From Octopus sinensis (lineage: Eukaryota), in NCBI RefSeq assembly GCF_006345805.1, contig NC_042998.1:120466001-120530000 (forward strand): DNA of 64,000 bases. Direction: 5' to 3'. The notes under the pieces are model-generated. The model worked only from the letters and a program-made list of their open reading frames with translations. It was not told the origin of the DNA and did no database searches. Positions 54,025-64,000 of this stretch are shown here, piece after piece; position 1 is the stretch's first letter; each line of letters starts with the position of its first letter. The translations under genes and the position numbers were made by a program.

Positions 54025-56169
54025 AGTTAAGATGTTCTGCCTGTTATTACTAGTAATTTGAATAACTGTATAGACGATGGCAAAGGATTATACATTGCCA
54101 TGGTGTTGGCTGGGGGTCTAACTAGATACACTAAGAATACACTAATGTATGGTTTGTAGCAAGGTGTTTGAGGATTCAACTGTTGTGACAACATAATTAG
54201 AGTTGTATGCAGTATCTACAGTTGTGCAGCAGAACAGTTGCAGTGATAGTGTTGTCGCCATATAGCTCTAGTGGTACTCCAGTTGTACAGTTACAGTGAT
54301 GGTACAGATGTAGTGGTATACAAGTAGTATAATTATAGTGGTAGTGCAGAGTAGTATTGTTATGGTGGGACTACAAGTGTGTGGTTATGATGATATTTTA
54401 ATAATATGAAGGAAAAGGGGCAATGTCTTCTTAGACTAGCTAACATCATATAAGGGTAGTTGAGACTAATTGAGGTGAAGCTGGTGACATGTATAAGGGC
54501 ATCCAGCTGTAGAAACTTAGCCAGATTGGATTGGAGCATAGTGCAGCCTTCTGGCTTGCCAGCCCTCAGTCAACCCGTCCAACCCATGCCAGCATGGAAA
54601 GCAAATGTTAAACGATGACAATGACGAACTCACTTGTGAATGGATTTGCTGTAGGGAAACTGAAAAAGGAGCCCATAGTTTGAACATATATGTACATTTA
54701 CACATGTGTATTACTGTCTCCCTGACTTTGTGTGATAGTTGTAAATGAATGTCACTATCATGTAAGCAGTATACTTTGTTTTCAATCTTCCACAAAAATG
54801 TGTTTGGTTATGGGGAGATATTATCTTACCTGGAAACAGGTGAGGGTTGGTGACAGGCCATAGAAAATCTGCCTCAGTAAAATTCCATCTGACCCTTGCT
54901 AGAATGGAAAAATGGATATTAAACCAATAAGGATTATGATGATGTTAACACAGACTTGTGGTGCAATGGATAACACTCATGCTTACGATTGAGGAAATTC
55001 TAGATTCAATTCCTGGCAAGCTCAAATTATCTAGAATGGGTTTTATAATGTGCAGGCATGTGGTTTCAAGTTCAGTCACACTGCTTGGTGTCTTCGGTTA
55101 TTGCCCCAGGCCTGTCAATGCCTTGTGAGTGAATTTGGTAGATGAAAACTGTAGAACTCTGTCATACATGTATGTTTTTGTGGTTTTTCAAACCACACAT
55201 GCACAACATCAACTGACAACCATTGCTGGTTTGTTTACATCCCTGTAACTTAGTTGTCTGACAAAAGAAATCCAATATAATAAGTACCAGGTTTAAAAAG
55301 TAAGCATTGGGGTACAATTGTTCAACTAAACCGTTCGAGGCAGTGCCCCAGCATGACCACAGCCCAATGACTAAAACAAGTAAAAGATTAAAGATTTAGT
55401 ATTCTTAGAATCTTCAGTCAAAGCAATGTAATGTTCTGAATGAGGTGAAACAACAAACATCTGTTCCAGAAATTACATCAGGACAGTTTATAGCAAAGTT
55501 TCAAAAGTTAATGGTGAACTATGTCTTGCTCTCCCAATTGACAGCCTCACTTATTATCTTATTGTGTTGAAGTCGTCCATTATGTATGTAGCTACAGTAT
55601 TTAGTTTGCTGGGAGTTTTGTGTAATTCTATCCATAGTTTTCATATTTGAACAGAAATTGAAGACATTTTTGTCAGGTAAAACTTTGCAATGGTATATGT
55701 TTAAACAGGATGTTGAGCAAATGGTGGGTTTGGCAGATCCGGGGTGAAGAAATAGGCTATGACACAGATGGGGGACTAAGGCAGTGTAATAATTTCACTT
55801 TAACATTCCAGGAATTTCACTGACCTTGTTTGTTTGCAGTAAAATTCAGATAATTAGCTCAAAATTCGGTAACTCTTTATATCATATACTTTATAATATT
55901 ATAAGCTAGTATTGAGTTCTTTTTTCCAACTCTGCAGTTATGTGTTCAATGAAAATACTCACTTTCATCTTTCTCCCTCTCTCTCTCTCTCTTTATATAT
56001 ATATAATCAAGGGTGGCTACTGGTACAAAAGACAGAGTAAAGAATTTTAAAGCTAAGAATTACATAATTAATTAGAGTACATATAACATGTATGTACTGT
56101 CAATAAATGATTTATATTAAAATCCGATTTTTTGTTTATATATTTTTGTTTATATATCTTAGGCATGCA

Positions 56170-56177
<8 letters not shown>

Positions 56178-56227
<50 letters not shown>

Positions 56228-56317
56228 AAACACACACACACCCTCTCTCTCACACACACAAAACACACACACACACCCTCTCTCTCACACACACAAAACA
56301 CACATACACACACACAC

Positions 56318-56351
<34 letters not shown>

Positions 56352-56390
56352 CACACACACACACACACTCTCTCTCCCCCCCCCCCCCCT
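56178..56390. repeat. Higher-order compound (CT)n/(CA)n microsatellite
   Basis: A unit of the form (ct)n(ca)n-aaa-(ca)n-cc repeats about four times. Confidence 0.85.
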
Positions 56391-59300
56391 TCTCTCATAC
56401 ACAATATGCAAGATGAAAAATATAATTCTCTCACTCGTGTGCATGCATGCACGTACACATGCCCACACACAAACAAAATCACCTCTGCATATGTGTATCT
56501 ACATATATTAAAATATATTTTGACTTGGGAAATTATCTGAATGAAACATGCAATAATTCCTATTTCATTGGTTTGGGGTAAATTGAGGCAACAGATATGT
56601 TATCGTGTTAATTATCTGTACTGTAATTAAAGTAAATTTCACTAATTAACTGAGCTGAAATTCTAATACACCAGAAAAAATATTGTTTCATTTATTTACT
56701 TAATTTGTACATATATTTATGGTTTAACCAAAGGCAGAACAACATTGTCCATGACTTTTGCAAGACCTTAGATAATGGTGCAGGAAAAGGAAGGACGAAA
56801 TTGACACCTTGGGTTTCTGTTAAATGCTGCTTGAATCCCTCCCTGTAAACAGCTTAGTTGTGAATCTGTGATACAGATGTGCTACAAGCAAATGAGGGAA
56901 GCCTTATGAAGCAGCAGAATGAGGTGGGAGTGTGAGGATTGGGAAGGGGGCCTACAAATTACCACATTTAATAAATAAAGATGGTTTCTTTCCAAATTTT
57001 TAAACACACCAATCGCTATGGTGAAGATAGAGGAATTATACAGATGCAAAATTTATTTTGTCTTCATTAATACAGAGTGGGAAAGGTGCCAAAAAATTTC
57101 ACCATGTTTTGATGGGGAGGACTCTCATTAATCTGATAACACTGCTTGAAGAAACAATATTTTTATCATCGTACTAGCAGAAACACCACCCTATGGGCAG
57201 TGTTCAACTGGAATATGTCATGTTTGCTTTTAAGAATATGTTGTGTAGATTTCTGCATATATATGTGTGTGTATGCTCACACACTTTTTGTAATCACTTA
57301 TTTTTGATGAAAACAATTGAGTAGGGAGAGAGAGAGAGATGTGTATGCTGCAATGAATAAAAATTAGTTTTCAGATTAGCATGTAGTTGAAATCTTAAAT
57401 GATGAAAGAATTTTGAAAACTTCATCTCAATAAAAAATTTATTAGAATTGGAATTTATAAGAATTTTGTAAGCTTTGATAATTGCCTTCTTTTAGGGTAA
57501 GTTACATAATTCTAATTAATAAACAACTCCCTTTATTAAAGTGTGTGTGTATGTATACATACATATATACATACATTGTGTATGTGAATGTATTCAGAGA
57601 GAGAAGTAGGTGAGATGGCTAGTAAAAGTTTGTACTTTTAGAAAGAAAGAGTAACTAGGAAACACTGCTGATGTGTCGATAGGGTGCGACTAAATACATT
57701 CTATTTAGACTTGATGTGAAGAGAGAACTTCATATGGGTCAAAAAAAAGCATTATTCATCACCAGCAACATTGACTAAATGTTGTGGACACAGAACATCC
57801 CAGTTTCCTCTAATTCTGGATATTAATCTTTTTTCAGTGTTGCATATTGAACATATTGTATGTACTGAAGTAAAGAAAACAAAGTTGCTCTGTGATTGTT
57901 GTGACCCTTAGTTGAACTATCTTTTTAGTACTTGGATTTAGGAGTAGAACATGCAGTTCGTAGCTCTTTCCAATCATTTTAGGTGAGATAGTGTGTTTGG
58001 TAGTGTTGGAGATTTGTATTTGGTAGTGAAAAAGGAGTGGAAGAGTTGCCCAAAAAGTTTAGTATAGAGGAGTTAAGGTGGTAGGTCTTTGGGAGGGTCT
58101 AGTAGTGGATGTACTGGTGGTGATAGATAGTTGTGTCTTGAAGTAGGTGTAATTGTGGTGATGGCAGTGGGAGAGTATTTGTTAGTAGCTGCAGGGGTGG
58201 TGATGAGCTGTAGGAAGTGTCTGTTGGTAGTTGTAATGTTGGTGGTGAGCAATGGCATGTATCTAGAACAGTCATGGGTACAGTGCCCTGCAGGGCCTCC
58301 TGAACAGTATACCAAACGGAAAGTTACCTTCAAGTCTTCTAGCAGTTGCAACCTTCCTGATAATGAACCATGACTTATGTGGCCCACTTTTCAAAAGAGG
58401 TTATCATGCCTGGTTTAGAACTAGATGTAGTTGTAGTTAGGAACCAGTGGTAAACATATAGTGATTGTAATAATCAGTGGGGAGTGGGTTTTGGAAGTTG
58501 TAGTAGTGGTCAATTACTAAAGCTGTATTTTACCTGGCAGAATGGTTGAGTTCTTTCAATCTAGTTGGTTTACTTCTTCTTTCATGTTTCTACTGAGTTG
58601 TGTCATAATTCATTATTTCATTCAACTTTCCATTGGTCTCTCTCTTTCTCTTTGTCTCAGCAATAAAATGTGTAGAAAGCTAGATGAAATTCCTTGTAAT
58701 TATGTCTTAAGATTGTGTAGTTAAAAAGTTAATTTTGTAACTATGTAGTTTAGGGTTTGGTTTTATTCTATAACATTTATAGCAAAATATATTTGTCCTG
58801 AGAGAGAAGAATCTTGTCAATGGGACATTTACTGTTTTGGGGTAATATACTTTATCACAAGGCTCTTGAGTGCCTTTAGAAGTCTATACTGTCTTACAAG
58901 CATTCAGGCCAGGTATCTTGTCTGAAGATATCTTTCTCCATTCCAGTCTCTGATGTCACTAAACCATTAAAAACAAAATGTTCTGTGTTCCAATCCTGCC
59001 ATGGTTGATATTGCCTTTTGTCTTTCCAAAGTAAATATAATTAGTAACAGTAATAGACAAGGAGTAGGATCAGTTGACTATTGTAACCAATGTAAGAAAT
59101 CATAATTTCATTTTAATCTTCAATGCTTTCATTATATCATAGAGGCTAATGAATAATCCTTTTGTGTTGACTGGTTTCAGCAGTTGGCTTTGGTTATTGT
59201 CATCATTTAAACCAACACATGATACTGGACAATGCAGAAGGAATGTGTGTGTGTACATACACATGTGTGCGTGCTTGCATGTGCATTTCATATAGCTAAC

Positions 59301-60272
59301 ATCTCGTGTATTTGTTTAAGCAAGGTTTGTCTCTGGCGTGTTGACATATCCAAGATGATTTCAAAAGAACCCAGTATCTGTGTAACACTTGAATCAATAA
59401 GACTTTGCAAATACTTTGTTACTAACTATTGTGGTCCAAATCTCAGAAAATATTTCCTTAGTGTTTCCTCTACAACTTCTTTATTTCAGGTAGTTGCCAT
59501 CATCATCATTATGTAATGTCAGTTTTCTCCACAATGACTTGTATGACTTACCAGTACAGCATATTCCTACTCAATCCTTCGTCATCTCTATATTCTACAA
59601 ATCTGATCTCATCATCAGTGCTTTTCCTGTTTTCTTTAGTCGGTGTTAGTAATTAAGAGCAAAGTTCTATTCATGTCTAGGCTGAGGTGAGGTGTTCAAG
59701 TCATCTTTTAATATGATTTTTCTTATATATGTTTCTCTGTCTCCTTTCTTTTACTAGTTTTAGTCATTCCATTGTAGACAGGGATAGAAACATACCCTTG
59801 ACTCAGTTATCTCTACTTCTCTCATAATTTTTGATCTTGTGCTTCCTTTGCCAAATCCTTTCCCTCTCAAACATTGGCTCTCTGCAAGTATTTTTCTTGT
59901 AGCTGTCAACTTGCAACTGTTCATCAAGAATGTTAACTACATTGATCTGTAACCAATAATAATAATAATAACCATTTTTAAGTACACACACACATGCACA
60001 CTCACATACACACATATGCACATGTGTATATATGTATAATATCCTTATGTTTACCTGTAAATGTCTGCCATCATCATCATCATCATCATCATAAAAATGA
60101 GTGTCCTATTGAAGTAAGAACCATCTGATAAATGTTTCTATTGCAAGAATTCATGTTGGTGAGAAATTTTTTTTTGCCGAAAATTCTTTGCTGTATGTTT
60201 TTTGTTTAACCAATTTGTGTTCCTAAATTCTTCTGTAGCTGTCTATTGACAATGTTGTGTTTAAATTTGTAG

Positions 60273-60414
60273 GAAATGGTTGATAGATCCAGTTCGTAAA
60301 TTAAGTCACAGCAAAATAGAGAAAGGTGGTCTGGAGAAACACACAGTACCACCATTTGAACTGAAAGCTGACAGAATACAGAAGAAAACTGTTGCTAACC
60401 TCTCCGCTATGAAG
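60273..60414 (+). CDS. TRIO: Trio/Kalirin exon with KWL..PVRKLS motif (phase 2 to phase 0)
   Basis: Acceptor aaatttgtag|G and donor ATGAAG|gtaagt; 142 nt. In frame with 34077 (CG+G = Arg). Encodes KWLIDPVRKLSHSKIEKGGLEKHTVPPFELKADRIQKKTVANLSAMK, compared with vertebrate Trio/Kalirin KWLTSPVRRL. Confidence 0.9.
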
Positions 60415-62146
60415 GTAAGTTTTCTTTTTCCTTAATCTTCTATTTTCACTAGTTTTAACTTAAAGTCTGTCTCTGTTGTAGAGTGATAAACTTAGATATA
60501 TTAACTGACATTCTCAGTACAAATCTTTTAACAGTTTACATTGGTCAAAGTACTGCTCTAAATATATAACAGTATTTAGTTGCATTTTTGTTTCTTTAAT
60601 GGATTAGTTAAGAAGAAAGTCAATGCCAATGATCTTTTGCAGGTTTTTTTTTTTTTGTGGCTGGTGAGGGAAAGGAGGGATGAGAGTATAATTCAAGAGT
60701 TCATGCAATAAGAAGCAGCATATCAGGTAGTATCCTGGTTTGAATGTTTGTAACAAAATGGAATCTGCTAAAGGCATCCATTTGATCGGGGATAGTGTTC
60801 ACCTTGGCAACATATTAAGTTTAAATCTTATCCGAGTTAATAAAACTGCAGGCGGTGGTTGTAGCAATGAGGATAAACACTTGTTATTGTTTAAGACTTA
60901 ATGAAGGTTGTGTCTCCATTATGAAGTCTACTCTCTGTATGTGGAAGGGATCTTCTGCAGTGCTTTCAAGACTGGTAGAGTAAGAGATATCCTTTGTCAT
61001 CACAAGTTTTCCTTTCTTTGCTTAAGTAAAAATAATTATTACTATAAGTAGATATCCTTAATAAGTAAATCAGCCAATTATTTATTTACTTTGTAATTAA
61101 TTTTATTAATATTCAAAGAGATGGTTGAAACCAAAAGTAAGTTTCCAGATTAGATTATATGCAGTACTAGGTAATGAGGTGTTCATATCTTATCAGAATC
61201 AACTTCAGCTTTCTTCACAATGAAATCAGTATCTTACTGGGGTCAAATGAATGCAATATCCTCTAACCCTGATCCTAACTTTTCACTCCTTTAAAAATGG
61301 TTTTGTTTTAAATTTGATTTTACAAAATTCATTGTGGTGTTTAGTTCAGTTATGTTCTGAGTTTAAATTCTGGAGTCAGCTTGGGTTGTCAAAGAAATAC
61401 CAGCTTTATAATAAGTTAATTTAATCACCTATTCTTTTCTTTGAAATTCAAGACTTTTATATCTATTAGAAATCATTATTAATTAGAGAATTAACACACA
61501 GAGTCGTTACTGTTATACTGACCTGATCTAGATCCCTCATCATCATTATTTTACATCTACTTTGCATGCTGGCATGGGTTGGAGTGTTGAACAGGATTTG
61601 GCAGGTCATAGGGCCCTGTCTTGCTCCACCTCAGTTTTGGTATGGTTTCTTCAGTTGGATGCCCTTCCTAACACTAACTTTTACAGTGTGTAGTGGGTGC
61701 ATTTGTCATGGATCCAGCACTATAGTGGTGTCTTACTCTCAACAAGACTAATGTTCAATCTAGACAACTTGTCCCTTCTTTGTTTCCCAACCACTTCACA
61801 AAGTGTACTGGGTACCTTTTCTGTGGCACCAGCGCTCATGGAGTCACCTCATAATTAACAAGACCAAAGAGTTTGCATGACTGAAAGAAGCAGAGGAGTA
61901 GAGCTGGGTGTGTGTGAGTGGGAATTTTAGGCAAAGTATTGAGAGAAGTTAAATGTGTGATAGAAAGAACAGATTTATTGTTGTAAAAAGCTGATAGTAA
62001 TGAAAGTAATAGGAAGCAGTGTTGCAAGGGAGAATAGAAAGGATAGGGAAAGAGGGAAGAGAAAACATAGTGTTGTGGGTTAGTGTGAGAGGGGGACAGA
62101 AGAGTGAGGATAAGTTGAGTGGGGGGGGTGCACAATTAAGTGACTT

Positions 62147-62355
62147 CTCTTATGGAAGGATTATCCTGAGGCTGGGCATCGTACATTGTAGCTCAGTTTT
62201 GCTATGAGAAACAGTCTGCTGTCTAAATTAACTAAGATACCTGTTGATGTTAGTGAGCACTCCAAGGGACTTCATATTTCTGTTGCAGAAAATCACTATA
62301 CCCCCTTATTAAATGCATATGCACCAGTTCTGCCTTCTGATAGTCACAATGAAAA
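62147..62355 (+). mobile_element. RTE-clade AP-endonuclease fragment
   Basis: FLWKDYPEAGHRTL*LSFAMRNSLLSKL...LLNAYAPVLPSD, resembling the RTE APE FFW.G...HGVGFAI...SAYAPTL motif. Confidence 0.62.
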
Positions 62356-62397
62356 TCAGGCACTAAGACATCATTGTTACTGCTGTTATTGTTGCTG

Positions 62398-62612
62398 CAG
62401 CAGCAGTGAGCTCGCAGTATCATTAGCATGCTGCACAAAATACTTAGTGGCACTTCATCCATCTTAATGTTCTTAGTTCAAATTCCACCGAAGTCATCTT
62501 TGCTTTTCATCTTTTTGGGGTAAAGGAAATAATTACAAGTTATGCAGTGGAGTTGAACTAATTGACTGGCTTCTCCCCCAAAATATTAGGCCTTGTGCCT
62601 ATAGTAGAAAGA

Positions 62613-62643
<31 letters not shown>

Positions 62644-62692
62644 TATTATTATTATTATTATTATTATTATCATTATTATTATTATTATTATA

Positions 62693-62723
<31 letters not shown>

Positions 62724-62748
62724 TATTATCATCATCATCATCATTATT
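62398..62748 (+). mobile_element. SINE of the same family as 46388-47035 with a greatly expanded (ATT/ATC)n tail
   Basis: cagcagtgagctcgcag head, gttcaaattccaccga and ggccttgtgcctatagtagaaag, followed by about 135 bp of triplet tail. Confidence 0.8.
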
Positions 62749-63419
62749 AGTTAATTCCAGCAAGTACTGGTGCATGAAATGTTATACATAGTTATCCAAA
62801 TATTTTACAGCTGACTGACCTGTAAATGATGACTACCAGCTGCTCCTCTAGTTTTTAATATCTACTCCCAAAAAATTAGACATCTTTGATTATCAGAATT
62901 GTATGTAGGTTTACATTCCAGCTGTTAATTGTTATTATTATTACTAGAGAGCCTTCTCAATTAATAACATATTTAACCTACTATAAATGTAGTGGTGTAG
63001 TTGTTATACACAAATATATCAATGTTTGAAACATTGACTCAGATATTGAATTGATTATATGCTTTAGAATTTTGTAAATTTCTCATTGCAACATGAACTT
63101 TTAATGTTGCTTTGCTGAATCATATATAGTTAATAATATTTATGGTGGCATATAAGTAGATAAAGCCAGCTTAAGTTTTGTCAGTTGCTTTTATATACAT
63201 GTAAATAGAGAGAGAGGCAATTAAATATAACAGCTTGGGTTTTGCTCTACAAAATATCAAACCAAAGCTGTTATATCTGCTCTCTTGGATTCTTCTTATA
63301 AACACTCTTTACCCCACGGAATTGGTCCCTTTTAAAGACACCGGAGTCTAAGTTCAAATCATTTGAGCACTACTAAGTGTTTTCTATACCAAGAATCTCT
63401 GGATCTCATCCTTTAGTGA

Positions 63420-63765
63420 AGGTGCATGGTTCAGTGCATTGGGCTAACAATCATGAGGTGGCGAGTTTGATTTCCAAACCAGGCTGTCTGTTGTGTTCTA
63501 GAGCTAGGTACTTTATTTCACATTACTCCAGTTCACTCAACTTTAGAAATGAGTTATGATGTGACTGGTGTCAAGCTGTATCATCCTTTGCCTTTCCTTT
63601 TGATAACATTGGTGGCCTGGAAAGGGGAAACTGTTATGCACGGGTGACTGCTGGTCTTCTATAAACAGCCTTGCCTAGACTTATGCCTCAGAGGGGAACT
63701 TTCTTTCTAGGTGCAATCCCGTGGGCTTTTGTGACTGAAGTGGGGTCTTTTACCCTATAGAAAAG
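63420..63765 (+). mobile_element. tRNA-headed SINE-like repeat
   Basis: Degenerate A/B boxes followed by a ctgttgtgttct...ttcacattactccagttcactca core segment. Confidence 0.6.
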
Positions 63766-63842
63766 TTACCTCTTTACTTAGTTGTTACTACACTATCACC
63801 ATGATGTATGTGTGTTGTTTTACCATAACTCAAGCACACACG

Positions 63843-64000
63843 AGCTGGTGGCATGTAAAAAGCACCCACTACGCTCTTGGAATAGTTGCATTAGGAAGGG
63901 CATCCAGCTGTAGAAACCTTGCCAAATCGGATTGAAGCCTGGTGCAGCCTCCTGGCCTACCAGTTCTCAGTCAAACTGTCCAGCTCATGCCAGCATGGAA
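63843..64000 (+). mobile_element. (ATG)n-tailed short retroposon copy truncated by the window edge
   Basis: ggtggcatgtaaaaagcacccactac...aggaagggcatccagctgtagaaacc...catgccagcatggaa. Confidence 0.8.

Overview
AT-rich eukaryotic genomic DNA, dense in microsatellites, SINEs and LINEs. The repeat landscape suggests a cephalopod, probably Octopus (inference from pattern, not a database match). The window lies almost entirely inside very large introns of one plus-strand gene, a Trio/Kalirin-family Rho GEF. Three exons splice in frame with canonical AG/GT borders: an SH3 exon (29680-29935), a Ser/Asn-rich linker exon (33978-34077) and the 'KWL..PVRKLS' exon (60273-60414). All three are missing or only partly covered in the supplied ORF track. 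The best host-gene leads are a candidate internal TATA/Inr promoter with an alternative first coding exon (16213-16299) that would give a short SH3-first isoform, and a symmetric 51-nt cassette exon candidate (36448-36498). The most unusual repeat feature is a Penelope-like retroelement 3' end (GIY-YIG endonuclease) followed by a tRNA-like Pol III promoter segment and a minimal type I hammerhead ribozyme motif (30865-30910). Other content: decayed CR1/L2-type and RTE LINEs, Tc1/mariner, pogo and hAT remnants, hAT MITEs with TIRs and TSDs, several foldback hairpins and a head-to-tail SINE array. Nearly all other listed ORFs are microsatellite or repeat artefacts.
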